Origin: the human T2T-CHM13v2.0 reference genome, Homo sapiens
Assembly (NCBI RefSeq): GCF_009914755.1
Contig: NC_060930.1
Reading direction: 5' to 3' (one strand)
Length of the DNA stretch: 64,000 nt
Part shown: piece after piece, positions 29,767 through 44,060 of the stretch
Numbering within the stretch: position 1 is the first letter of the stretch
Layout: the number at the start of each line of letters is the position of its first letter
Made by a program: the position numbers and the translations under genes
Notes under the pieces: model-generated
Database searches by the model: none
What the model was told of the DNA's origin: nothing
The model's input: the letters and a program-made list of their open reading frames with translations, nothing else

Positions 29767-29911
29767 TCAGTATCCAGAATATGTAAAAACTGTTAGAAAT
29801 CAATGAGAAAGAGACACATAACTCGATAGAAAAAAATGGCCAAAAAGAAGAATAGGCAATTTACAAAAGAGAGAATAGAAATAGCATATATTCATATGAA
29901 AAATTGCTCCA

Positions 29912-30103
29912 AGTCTGCCCTACGTAGTGAAACCCCACCTCTACTAAAAGTACAAAAATTAGCCAGGTGTGGTGGCACATGCCTGTAATCCCAGCTACTT
30001 AGGAGGCTAAGGTAGGAGAATCACTTGAACCTGGGAGGTGGAGGTTGCAGTGAGGTGAGATCACGTTACTTGGGCGACAGAATGAGACCCTGTCTCAAAA
30101 AAA
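29912..30103 (+). mobile_element. Alu, 5'-truncated
   Basis: Sense partial Alu. Confidence 0.85.
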
Positions 30104-30260
30104 GGAAAGAAAGGAAAGGAAGGGAGGAAAGAAAGGAAAGGAAGGGAGGAAAGAAAGGAAAGGAAGGGAGGAAAGAAAGAAAGAGGAAGGAAGGAAGGAA
30201 GGAGGGAGGGAGGGAGGGAAGGAAGGAAGGAAGGAAGAAAGAGAGAGAGAAAGAAAGAAA

Positions 30261-30317
<57 letters not shown>
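30097..30317. repeat. Polypurine (GGAA/GAAA)n compound microsatellite
   Basis: About 220 nt of only A/G between two Alus. Confidence 0.97.
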
Positions 30318-30709
<392 letters not shown>

Positions 30710-31525
30710 TTAAAAACCTGTCAATATCAAGTGTTGGTGTGGATGTAGAACAGCTGAAATGCATAAACACTTGCTGGTGGACACACTTTGGAAAGTAATT
30801 TGGCAGTATCTAATGAAGTTGAAGAGAGTACATCCTGGGATCCACTGCTAAGTATATATCCTAGAGGGTTATTGTGTCTGCACTCCATGAGACATATATA
30901 ACAGACATGGTTTGAATGGCAAAAAAAATAAAAGAAGAAAAAAGGATAAAGCCTTAATGTCCAACCGTAGGAAAATAGATAGATTGTGTTATTTTCATTG
31001 AGTGGACTACTATACATAAGTAAAAATGAATGAACCAGAGCTACTATTCCAACAGGGATAAATCTCATAATAGAAATGAAAAAAATTACAAGTTGCAGAA
31101 GAATACACATAGCACAATACCATTTTTGCAAAGCTTAAAAATATGCAGAATGACATAACGTATTGCCTAGGACTAAATACACATCTAGTAATGGTACAGG
31201 AAGTGCCTGGGAATAAACAAATTCAGGAACATGATTTCCTCTAAGGGGCAGCAGAGGAAGACATAGGGGAGGGATATACTGTGGATTTCACTGTGTTGAC
31301 AATGTTTTATAACTTAAGCTGGATGTTGGGCAAATGGAGAGTTGTATTATTCTTTATGACTCTCTGTATATTTTAAATATTTCACCGCACATTTTTTTTT
31401 AAAACTAAAAAGTAACAAGCACCACATAGAGAAACAAAAGGGAAGACAGTGATAGTGGGGAAGGAATAGTTTAGAAATAGTCCCTGTTTGAGAAGACACA
31501 AATTCCAAAGAGTTTAGAAGTGCTT

Positions 31526-31965
31526 TGTCAAACTAAAAAACAGAAAGAGGTTCTCTAAAAGAAAAAGGTATTTATTTGAACGTAGGGCATCGCAATGGGA
31601 ATTTGCGTGCCATAGTAAACTATGTGCATATTCAGGGAGATAAAGGAAAACAAAAGTTTTTAAATGAAAAATGAGGAAGATTACATAATTGTTTTGAGAC
31701 TATTATCCTTGACTACAATGATCAACAGTAAGGGTGATGATGTCCGTCTAAGGATGGACAGAGTTCCTGGGCGGATGTCCTTGCAGAAGTATTTCTTTGC
31801 ATAAAGTTTTGATGGCCTTTGTACAAGGTTGTAGTTTCACAGAATCTTCTGTGATAGTTTTGTCGTCAGTCATACAAGCCTGAGACCCTTCTTTTCAGAG
31901 CCCTCCTCAACTCTGTGTTTCAGGATTTTTATAAAACACTTCACACTGACATGAAAACTTTCACA
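31526..31965 (-). mobile_element. ERV1 LTR (MER67-like)
   Basis: TG...CA termini; reverse strand begins TGTGAAAGTT and ends AGTTTGACA. Confidence 0.55.
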
Positions 31966-32325
31966 TTCTCCTTTTTGGTAGAAGGGGTGTATTAATTTTC
32001 CCAGGGACGATGTAACACATTACCACAAACTCAGTGACTTAAAACAACAGAAACTTATTCTTTCACAATTCTGGAGGCAAGAAGTGTGAAATCAAGGTAT
32101 TAGCTGGGTCATTCCCCCTTACAGGCTCTACGGAAAATCCTTCCTTGCCTCTTCTAGCTTTTGGTGGCTCCTGGAGTTCCTTGGTTTGTGGAAATGTGTC
32201 TCTAATCTCTGCCTTCAACTTCACGTGGCCTTCCTCCCTGTCTTCATGTCTATAATCTCTCTCCACTTTCTTTGATAAGGACTCTAGTCATAGATTTAGG
32301 ACCCACCCTAAATCAGGATGATTTC

Positions 32326-33911
32326 TGTTGGTAGAAGAGCTGAGGCAGGACTGGCTTGTCTGTCATAATATAAAAGAGTCTTGGAAGATGTCCGGGTTCG
32401 AGGCTCTAAAACCCTTCGTGGCCTTTGGGACACCAAGCTCTGTGCCAAAGGGTGGAAAGCTGCCCTGCCACACCACAAATCTAAGCCCAGGGCATAAAAC
32501 CCCTTGTGGCTTGGATGGAATCTGGGGCTTAGGGCATAAAACCCCTCGTAGCCTCTGGAATGTGCACAGACTTGTTGGTTGCTCTCCCAGGCTCGTAAAC
32601 ATGTTCTCCATTATCTCAAGCAGCAGAGTATATTCTATATGTGTCAAAGAAAATGCTAAACCATCACAGCTACGCTTCATGCACCGCTACCTTTCTACCC
32701 CCACGTCCTCACGCCCTCACCTGTTTACCCCCATGTCCTCAACGCCCTCACCTGTTTACCCCCACATCCACATGTCCTCACCACCTGCTTCTTTGTTTGA
32801 TCACCAATAAATAGTGTAGGATCCCAGAGCTCAGGGCTTTTTCAGCCTCCATACCAGCATTGGCCCCCGGACCCACCTTATGCACTCTTAACTTGTCTTT
32901 TCTCATTCCTTTGTATGGGCAAAGCCCAGGACCCCGGACTGGGGAGAAATGGAGGCACAGTTTTAGGAAGTGTTTGTGTAAGCAATTTTAGAATGAAGTC
33001 AGAAGAAAAAAAAAGAACTACATATAACTTTCTAAATTGCTGTGTTGTTTTTCTAGTAGAATGCTTGCCTTTGTATAATGATGATTGCTTGATTGTTAAA
33101 CAGTAATCAGGTTATTAAAGCAATAATGAAGGACTGAGCCAGTCACCATGAGGTTTGGCTGCCAGTGAGAGTTAACAGCGTTTGATGTGCTTTCCCCTGC
33201 AGAGAGCCTATAGACGGACATGCAGGATGGGAGGTGACACATCACCCATATTCCTTTCTCAGGAAGGCATAAGTATTAAGGCCCTGGGAGAGGAATGCAT
33301 CCCTTATGGAGAGCCTATAAATGGATGCATGAGGGATGTCTGTTTGGAAGTGAAAGCTTCAGTGGTTGAGATAAGGGCGTAAAGCTCTTCTTCTCCCACC
33401 ACTCTCCTAGGCCTGCCCAGGGGCCCCTCCCCCAGGGAGAATTGTGGTCAGACTGGTCGTCTGGTTTCATGTCCCGTTCTTACTTGCCTACTGCGCAACC
33501 ATCTTAAACATAGTTTATAGTTAAAGCCTGATCCTATTAAATTGCTGATGCATGCAACTAGCAGTTGGAACTCACAGTTCCGTATATCCGTACATCTTTA
33601 CTGTGGACCTCACCCTATAATCATGTGATCCTCTCACCCCATGATCAGACCACCCTCTGCTCACTGCCCTTGCTCCCCCTCCCACATGTAAACTGATAAT
33701 AAATGCTGGCTATTCCAGTGCTTGGATGACATTGCAGCTCCACATTGCGGTGATCCCCCTGGACCCAGCTTTCACAAACTCATCTCTGTTTGACCCACCT
33801 GGGATAAGAAAGAGAATCCATGTTGCTGGCGGGGCTGGTTCCCGCTAGACCTTTGACTCCGCTGGACTTTGTAGCCCCCACGGCCTGGTGTTGGGTCTGA
33901 TCACCCCAACA
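32326..33911 (+). mobile_element. ERVK solo LTR, LTR14 family (probably LTR14C), split by an inner LTR
   Basis: TGTTGGTAGAAGAGCTGAGG...GATCACCCCAACA; TSD ATTTC at 32321-32325 and 33912-33916. Confidence 0.8.
32914..33849 (+). mobile_element. MER11-related LTR (probably MER11D) nested in the LTR14-like element
   Basis: TSD CCTTTG at 32908-32913 and 33850-33855; shares GAGAGCCTATA, GGTTGAGATAAGG and TTGTGGTCAGAC blocks with the MER11 at 21710. Confidence 0.75.
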
Positions 33912-34004
33912 ATTTCACCTTGAGAATTTTTACTTCATTACATCTTCAAAGATTTTTTTTTTCCAAATAAGGTCACATTCACAGGTCATGGTAATTAGGA
34001 CTTA

Positions 34005-34310
<306 letters not shown>

Positions 34311-34479
34311 GACTTGGACATATTTTGTGGGGGGTACACAATTCAACCCATTACAAGGGACGTATACATGGCTTTTCTTTTTCATTGGTAATAATTTAAG
34401 ATTAGGAAATCTGAGAATATGTTTAAAATACTTTTATGATTACATTTATTTTCCTTAATGAACATCATCTTATTAGTTG

Positions 34480-35152
34480 TGTAAACCAAAAATAAAATTG
34501 TAACCCCCTGCACCCTGCCGCCCCAACCATCTGAATGGACCCTTCCTCTCAGCCAAGGGTATGAAAAGGGTTATTGTGTCTGCACTCCATGAGACATGTA
34601 TAAGAGACATGGTTTGAATAGCAAAAAAAAAAAAAAAGGAAGAAAAAATTGATAAAGGCTAAATGTCCAACCATAGGAAAATAGATAGGTTGAAAACTAG
34701 TGCAGGCCATGATGGAAGGAGGGGTTGGACATGCCTCATTATACCCTCATCCCTCTTGGAATTACTGGTAAGACACTCTTTAAGTCTGATAAGAAACATT
34801 TACAATCTATTTTCTCTGAAGCCTGCTACCTGGACCCTTCAACTGCATGATAAAACCTTGATCTCCACAACCCCTTATTGTAATCCACACATTTCTTTCT
34901 ATTGATAATAACTCTTTCAACCAATTGCTAATCAGAAGATTTTTAAATCTACCTGTGGCCTGGAAGGCCCACCCCCATGTATTATGTCTCCCTAAAATGT
35001 ATAAAAGCAAGGTGTAACCTGGCCACCTTGGGCACATGTCATCAGAACCTCCTGAGGCTATGTCATGGGTCCATCCTTAACGTTAGCAAAATATTTGCAA
35101 AATAAACTTTCTGAATTGATTGCAACCTGTCTCAGATACTTTTGGGTTCACA
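34480..35152 (+). mobile_element. ERV1 solo LTR, MER4 family
   Basis: TGTAAACCAAAAATAAAATT...TTTTGGGTTCACA; 4-bp TSD GTTG; AATAAA at 35101. Confidence 0.85.
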
Positions 35153-36231
35153 GTTGCTTAGGTTCTTATTGTCAGGTTTTTCGGGTTTCTGCACTGGCAG
35201 AGATTTTTGTTTGCAAGTAGAATGGACCACACTAAACAAGATATAAATGTGCCATTACAGCCACAAACTGATAATCCTTCAAGAAAAGCTCAAAGGAATG
35301 AGCTGTGGATAGTTATTTAATATTATATATGTTTTACTTGAATAACTGGTTACTTAAATTGTTATTTGATAATATGACCATGTGGTACTTTAGGATAATT
35401 ATAACATAGCAAATATTGCTAATCTGTGCACCTTAATTGCATATTCCCTACAACACCTAGACATTTCCAATTGGTTGTTTTGACATTTTTATTTCGGTCA
35501 ATAGTATCATCTTCCTCTCAATTGATGAGGCTTGAAACCAAACTCGTCATAGAGTTAGACATTTTTCGAACTGGAAGGGAACTTAGAGATTATCTCAACT
35601 CCCCCATTTCTTTTTACAAATAAGGACATCCAGTAATAGAGCAGTTTCACAATCTGAGGCTTAGTCGACTAAACGGTTATTTGTTGAGTAGCACAGTAAC
35701 AGGACTCAGTTTCCCTGATTACCAGTTCAGTATTTTTCTTCACTACACACACTAATACTAAACTACTACAAGTAACAGCTAGCATTGATTTAGCCATTAC
35801 CATGTACTACTGTGCTAAGTGTTTTTATATGTGTTCCCTCATTGTATTTTCGGGGACACTTAATACTCAGGATCGTGGGCACTTAATGTCTTATATAAGT
35901 GCTGCATGGGGTTTACCTTCTGTTAAGCCTCAAGAGAACTCTGTGGAAGGTACAGTTTTCCTGTATCTCAGGCATTCTCAGGGGTGCTATCATTTGGCAG
36001 TATTCCATGAAGCTAGTTTTCTGCCAGAGTTAATGAAACTATTGCATGGATCACGGTGCTACAAACCTAATACAGCAACACATGTCTTTAGAACCAAAGC
36101 TCTGTCCATATTTAGTATTATTTCTTAGGAATATATTTTCAAAAGAGGCATTTGTAGGTTAAGGCATATGAATGAATATATTTAAGGCTCTTTATTAAGG
36201 AATATGGTATTCTGGTTTGTTTCTTACTACA

Positions 36232-36796
36232 TGAGAATAGAGAGACAGCATAGGGACAGGAAAAGAAGGCAAGTATAAAACCTGCCCCAGCTCCATCAGT
36301 GCCAAAAGTAAACAATGAGATTCGATGGACAAGAGGTAGAGCACTTGTCCTCAACACTACCTCAACAAATGGCAGGAGTATCATATGGGAGGCCGGTTCC
36401 CCCAACCCCAAGTCCCAATGGGCAACCCCGTGGACCCAGATGCAGGCAGTGGACTGGGAGGCAGGTAAAGAATCTAGGGCTAAGTGCTCAGTATCTTTTG
36501 TATCGAGCAGTAAACAAGCTAGTCCCTCTCCCCAGGAAGTGAGCAATTGTGCCTTTTCGTGCCGTGGTTGCTGTGGCCTGCTGAGTTGCCTAAAGATTGG
36601 TTAAGGAAGTGGCTCAGAGTTAGAGGGTAGGTAGGTCTTGCATTTCGGCACAGTCAGCAAGGATATTCAGGAACTCCCTTGCTCCCATAAGCTTATATTG
36701 TATAATCACTGAGTAATGTCTATTAATATGGATGGACCATGGTTTATTTAATTTGTGATTTTTTATATTCATTCTTGTTTTTTTTTTCAGTTGACA
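36232..36796 (+). mobile_element. Probable old LTR (family uncertain)
   Basis: TGAGAATAG...CAGTTGACA LTR-like termini; no TSD seen. Confidence 0.4.
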
Positions 36797-36856
36797 GACC
36801 TTTCAGTCCTCATTCCACATTGATCTGCTCTACATTCAAAGACTGACTTTCACACC

Positions 36857-37369
36857 TGTAAGACAAAATAGTTTATGTAAGAAGCTATATTTGCTCATTC
36901 TGCTTGCCAGCAGAATGTCAGAGAATTCTTTGGCAGCTACATTTCACAAATCCCCTAACTCAGTGACTAAGTGCAGCCCCTGGAAGAATGCCCCTGAAGA
37001 TGATAACATCTCTTGCATGAATCTTTTCTTGCAAAAGTTCCAGGATCCTAACTCATGCCTCTTCCTGTACATAATAAGATAATAGCTGATAGGATTAATG
37101 ATTATGCCTCTACAATCTATAACCAGATGTACCCTTGAACCCCACCCTTGATGAGATTTTGCTCTAATGTAACTGCTGAGCTCATTTGATGTAACTGCTG
37201 AGCACATCTGATGCCACTTCCCATCACATGCCACCACCTGTACCTAAGCTTTGGAGCAGTCTCACAGAAAGTCTCTGAAAGACTCTCCGGATTGCAATCC
37301 TTAGTAAGACATCTGAATAAAACTAATATTAATTATTTAAATGACTGATTTTTTTTTCTTTGGTTAACA
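36857..37369 (+). mobile_element. ERV1-class solo LTR just upstream of the DNAH8 promoter
   Basis: TGTAAG...TGGTTAACA, 513 bp, 4-bp TSD CACC on both sides, AATAAA near the 3' end. Confidence 0.7.
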
Positions 37370-37609
37370 CACCCAACTAAAAACGGACCGCTCACATCAT
37401 GTCAGGCAGTCACAGCAAAAGCAGAACCGTACTAGAGAGGGGAGGGGGTGGACTTGGGAGAGAAGTCAGTTTTCCCCCAGAATCTTTCTCTCTCATCAGT
37501 CACAGGTTTCTGAACACACTGACTCACCAGGAAACACTTTTTAGGTTCTCAAGGAAAACACTAAGTAACTTCAGAAACTGTAAAGGTCATAGAAAACATT
37601 ATTTTATAT

Positions 37610-38085
37610 ATTTCCGTATTACCACGTATACGCGGGAATCCTCCCAAGCCCCTGGCACCGCACTCCAAATGTCCATCTCCAGGAACCCGCCCTTCAGTGC
37701 CTGGGGTCCCCTAAACAATGTTTCAGTCCTCGGGCTCGGTGGGTGCATCCTTTATTGGGGAGCGCGGGGGCTGCCCGTGCCCCTCCAGTCGCTCCCCGTA
37801 GGGAGCTGCGCACTGCGGAGCCCTCGCCCCCGAGCGAGCCTGTCTCGGACTCCCAACCGTCAGCCTCGTTCCGGGCCGCGGAGGCCGGAGCAGCTCCCCC
37901 GGGGCAGCGCAACCGCTGGGGCCGGCCTCAGTGGGCTGAGTGGTCGGGGCATCGGGGCCCAGAGAGCGGCTGGTGAGTACTTGGTCGGAGCGCGCTGTGA
38001 GCGCCCGGCCCCTGTCCGGGAGGCCCTGATGCAGCCGGGTTCCCCGCCCACTTTCCTTCTTTTTAGGGGACTGGAATCCACGCTA
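37610..38085. promoter_or_regulatory. DNAH8: DNAH8 CpG-island promoter
   Basis: GC/CpG-rich block containing a strong plus-strand donor CTG|GTGAGT. Confidence 0.85.
37868..37972 (+). other. DNAH8: DNAH8 non-coding exon 1 (start approximate)
   Basis: Donor GTGAGT at 37973 in the CpG island upstream of the first coding exon; no ATG. Confidence 0.75.
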
Positions 38086-38218
38086 CAGTTCAGTCCTCCA
38101 CCTCTGTTAGTTGAACCCAGGGAACCCCTGCTTCAAAACCCCAGCTGAGTCACTACCCTTTGTCAGTCTCTACACTGGACATCTAAGTGACTTCACACCC
38201 ACTCCCCGTTTTGAGACT

Positions 38219-38812
<594 letters not shown>

Positions 38813-39550
38813 ATATACCTATATATTTTTAAAAATTCAAAAATAAAACAAAAAAAATGCCTCTCCCTCCGGCTTATTTCCCGTTCCTCTACCCTTCTCA
38901 TTCCCCTCTAGCCCAAAAGTCTCATCACTGAATTTACCACTTTTCCCAAGATAGTTGTGCCTCTTTTTGCTTCTCTGCTTTTGTACGCCACTGTTCCCAC
39001 CTTCTGCCTATAATGTTTCTCTCTCCCATCCTCTCCTGACAACTCTTCTTTAGACCCGACTCGGGTGGTACCTTCTCCGTCAAGTTTTCTTTCTTTCTTT
39101 TTTTGTTTTTCAGAAGTTTTGCTGCCTGCTAAGCTCTCTTAGCCCTTCGTTAATTCACCTGTCATTGACATTGACCATCTTGTGTTGTATTCAATAGTCT
39201 GTCACACCAATTTGATTGTGCATTTTGCTTTGGAGAAGTCCTTAGTCTTTTATGTAGCCACAGTGGCCAGACATGCAGAAGACGTTCAATATTGCTGAAT
39301 GAACTAATGCATTTGGGATAGGGTTACAGAAATGGGTGCAAGAGAAAAGGGTGTGGTTGAATTGGCTGTACCCAGCACACAGGTATGCAACTTGCTCACT
39401 TACTGTAGTATTCCTAGGAGGGGAGGAGTTCAACACCTGGAAATGCTCCTGAAAATAACCAGGATGCATTTCTTGTTGACTTTGCAGAAGTTCACTGAAT
39501 CCTTAAAATTTAACTTAAGAAGGGATGGTGGGAATTGAAAATGATTGCAT

Positions 39551-39760
39551 CCAGCCTGGGCAGCATAGTGAGATCCCATCTCTACAGAAAAACCAAAACC
39601 CAAACCAAAAAAGAACAGCCAAGTGTGATTGTGTACGCCTTTAGTCCTAGCTACTTGGGAGGCTGAGGTAGGAGGATCGCTTGAGCCCAGGAGGTGAGGA
39701 CTGCAATGAGCTGTGCTCACATGACTGTACTCCAGCCTGCACAACAGAGCAAGTTGTCTG
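39551..39760 (+). mobile_element. AluJ partial
   Basis: Sense partial Alu. Confidence 0.85.
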
Positions 39761-39877
39761 TGAAGGAGAGAAGGACCCAGAGAAAGTGAACAAGTGTTGA
39801 TGCCACATTCACTCTGTGTGCTTTGCATCAGCAGAATGTGAATGCTTGGGGGTAGATTCGTAGGGAATTTCAGGTCT

Positions 39878-40125
<248 letters not shown>

Positions 40126-41779
40126 TATGTTACAGTATATGATATGCACAGATGTAATACAACTAAAATGTACACATGATTTTTTTTTTTTTTTTAGAAA
40201 AGAACCATACAGAAAGTTAGGAAATTGGAAAGTAAAAATTCTTCTTCTACTTCCCTTCTTCAATTTCTTTCACTCAGAGTGATTCTTATTAATAATTTAT
40301 TGTGTATTCTCCCTAGAAAGCTTATAATGTACTTTATCAAATCTAAACTATTACTGATTACAATTTTTTTGCAATTCTGTACATGCAAATTAGGTATTTT
40401 ATGTAACTGCATAAAGAAAAAAATGCTGAGAAACAAAAAAATGCTGCATATTAAACCTTCTTAAAGTATGCATCTTAGAATTGATGAAATACCGTATATA
40501 CACATATACACACTTTAAAAATTTTATGCGAGTGGTGTTATTATGCAATGTGTCTTGCTTTTTATGTAACGATGTGTCTTGGAGAGTTTTACATATCTGC
40601 ATATATAGCTCTACCTCATTCTTTGTATCGCTAATGATGCATTAAAATTTTATTGAACAAGGGTAGTACAGAACAATTAGTGGGCCCTTCATTAAGGGAC
40701 ATCTTGGTTGTTTCCAAGGTGTGGGTATGTGTCTGTGTGTTTTCTTGCTTGTTTTTGCTATTACAAACATGTTGCAGTGAACCACCAACCTTGTGTGTAT
40801 GTGTGTCTGTATATATATTGTATATCTATCTATATATAGTTGGTAAGATTTTTTCATTTTTGCTACAGTTTTTAGGAATTCCTCTATATAAAGTAGTTGC
40901 ATACATCTTCTAACCTAAAATTAAATAATTGCATCACTCTTATAAGTTGATAAGTTGATCTTTTAGTATTTAGAGTTTGTTACCTGCCAAGCAATATTTG
41001 ACACTCAAAAACCATGTAGAAAATGCATCTCAAATTACAGTATTTCATTAGAGGGAAAGTTATATGATTTCCTTAAGGAAAATCTCTCCAAAATGGCAGT
41101 GGTCATGTATTTATATATTTATTTTGGGAATCTTAGCTATATGATCTATTTTAACAAAATTTAAACTATAACAAATTATTTATAATTTATTTTTTTCTGA
41201 GTCACAATAGGGATTAATCCCTGATTATCAATTTTCAGTGTTCACAGACACTTGTATTCGCAGAAACAGAGTCTGTATGTCAGTGTTCACAGTCACAAAA
41301 GTCTGCTTGTATAAAAACCACATTTATTATTTATCTTAACAGATTCTGAATCCTTGCTGTTTGTGGTCTTTTGGAAGAATGAATATGATATGATGTCGTT
41401 CTAAACTTTTTTTCCCAACCAAATTTTCCCTGCTTTGACCTGTTCATAGCTTTTTATAGTTTACCTCTTTACTTCTCTGTTTAAATTTCTTCCCTCTGCT
41501 TCTTGTTGACTCCTACTTATCCTTTAAGGCCAACTAATGTTCAAATCCTCCATGAAATCCTCTTTGTCTATTTTGTCCACGTTTCTCTCTTCCTTCTTTA
41601 AATTCCTTTTTCAGCAGAACATCACAATTTAACATTCTTGATTGATTCATATAGGTTACTTTATCTCCTAAATGAGACTGAATTCTTCAGGAATTCTTGT
41701 CTGGGCTGGATTTCAGGCAAGACATCTAGGGGGTGCTACATTAGCTGTGGTTGCTGAGCACTTGTGGCTTGAAGTAGTC

Positions 41780-42170
41780 TTTTTTTCTGACTTTTATTTT
41801 GGATTCAGAGGATACATGTGAAGATTTCTTACAAAGGTTTATTGCATGATGCTGAGGTTTGGAGTATGATTAAACCTGTCACCCAGATAGTGAGCATAGT
41901 ACCCAATAGGTAGTTTTCCAACCCTAACCCCCATCCTTCCCTTCCCCTTCTTGTACCCCCCGTGTCTCTTGTTTCCATCTTTATGTCCATGTATCCCCAG
42001 TGTTTAGTCCCTACTTATAAGTGTGAACATGAGGTATTTGGTTTTCTGTTTCTGTGTTAGTTCACTTAGGATAATGGCCTCTAGCTGCATACATGTTGCT
42101 TCAGAGGACATGTGTTTTTTTTATGGCTGCATAGTATTCCATGGTATATATTTCTTCATCCAATCCACTG
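41780..42170 (-). mobile_element. L1PA/L1PB 3' end
   Basis: GTGAGCATAGTACCCAATAGGTAGTTTT...CACTTAGGATAATGGCCTC. Confidence 0.8.
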
Positions 42171-42399
42171 TGAAGTTGTATTCTTAAGACAAGAGGCAGG
42201 GCTTCTCCAGAGACCTGGAGGGGGTGTAGCTAATGCAGCTGATCATTACAGCTCATTCCCTCTAGCATCAGAGGAATGCCTGGGCTGCTGTTTCACAGAT
42301 AGACGCCTATTCTGCCCAGCATTAGAGTTGCCACCAAAGATTTTTACTGCGAATGGGCTAACCATTAAGCTGCAGCCCTAAAACCCTACCAAGCTCAAA

Positions 42400-43660
42400 A
42401 ATGCACCCTGACATTGTGTTTCAAAATGGTGGCACAGAAGCAAGCTGGCTGTTTCTTCTCCCTTACCACCAGAAAATGGAAACAAATACACAATGTTAAG
42501 ATTATCACCAACAATATCCCAAAACTCAGATATAAGGATGAGATCATTTCCAGTACCACAGAGAAGTGAAAAAACCTCTAAGCAGATGGTAAGAGAATTG
42601 GACTTTCATAGCATGACACTCCTTACCTCAGTCTGCCTGGCACCAGGCAAATGGAAAATTTCTCCCAGTCTTACGGTTTCTCTAATGGGAAAAGTGAGAT
42701 TGAAGTGGACAACCAACTTTCCTACCATCCTGGGTTTCATGGCAGGAGACCTGTTCTTGCCTCAAACCACAGGAAGTATCAGCAGTGCTAAAGGGAGAAA
42801 TATCCCTGAGGACAGCCAGAGATGAAGGAGGGAGATAGGACTACCATCCCCATTCCTGGAAACTCTGCTCTGTAACTTGGCCAAAGAAGACACCAAATCA
42901 GAGTTGCTGTTTGGCAGTACCATGCTGTGGGAAGCTCATCCCACAGTTCCCTTAAGCATGAACCCCTAGCCAGCATTCCCACACTGCTGGGATAATCCTT
43001 TTAGGACTTCCCCCATTTTGGATGGGCAGCAATCTGATTGTTTACTAGAACCGAGGCAAACCCAGGCTTAAGCTGACATCTAGTGCTGGAAATGAGTCAG
43101 TGACCTAGTGAAAAACAAAAGAAAATCTACAGGTAAATTGTAAAGACTCTCTAAGCAGACATATCCAATAAAAACCAAAACCAGCCAGACAGAGAAGACT
43201 GGAGTAAATAATTAATCCTTCAACACAAAGACATACACATACATTCACAGGAAAAAATAGCAAACAGAGGATCATGACCTCTTCAAAAGGACAAAGCAAG
43301 AAACCAGTGACTAACCCTAATAAGAAGGCAATATGTGAACCCTCTCATCAAGAATTCAAAATAGCACTCAGGAAGCTCAGTGATCTCCAAGATAACACAC
43401 AAAAAAATTCAGAAATTTATCAGAGAAGGTTAACAAAGAGATTGAGATTAAAAAACCCAGAAATTTTGGAATTAAGAAAGAGATTCGCTGAGCTAAAAAA
43501 CTTATAAGAGGTTCTCAACAGCAGATCAAGCAAAGAAAGAATCACTGAACTCAGACAGGTTGTTTGAAAATGTGCAGAGGAGACAAAAGGAAAAAGAATG
43601 AAGATGAACAAACTTATAGAAAATTACCTCAAACGACCAGATTTAAGAATTATTGAGTTT
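42400..43660 (+). mobile_element. Old L1 5' UTR/ORF1 fragment
   Basis: Frameshifted ORF1-like peptide ...EPSHQEFKIALRKL...EILELRK. Confidence 0.6.
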
Positions 43661-44060
43661 GTGACCAGTCTGAGCAACAGAGTGAAACCCTGTCTCTAAA
43701 AATAAAAAATAAAAAAATTAGGCATGTATCGTGGTGCATTCCTGTTGTCCCAGCAACTCAGAAGGCTGAGGTGGGAAGATCACTTGAGCCCAGGAGCTTG
43801 AGTACTGGTACTGTTTGGCAGTACCATGAGACCAGTCTCAGCAACATAATGAGACCTTGTCTCTATGAAAAATAAAAATAATAAACAAACAAACAAACAA
43901 ATAAATAAATTAGCCAGGCTGGTGGCATGCACCTGTAGTCTTAGCTACTTGGGAGGCTGAGGTGGGAGGGTCACAAGCCTGGGAGGTCAAAGCTGCAGTG
44001 AGCTATGATCACGCCACTGCACCCTAGCCCAGGTGGCAGCGTGAGGCCCTGTCACAAAAG
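43655..44060 (+). mobile_element. Two joined AluJ fragments
   Basis: Partial Alus joined at about 43802-43826 by non-Alu filler. Confidence 0.82.

Noticed and set aside
32328-32810. 160-aa ORF
   Set aside because: Lies wholly within an LTR; no gag/pol/env similarity visible
37890-37915. RFX X-box in DNAH8 exon 1
   Set aside because: Only a GCAAC half-site; the palindromic match is too degenerate to call
37399-38148. 249-aa ATG ORF across the DNAH8 CpG island
   Set aside because: No recognisable domain, starts upstream of the probable TSS, reads through the donor, and is not in the DNAH8 frame; expected in GC-rich DNA
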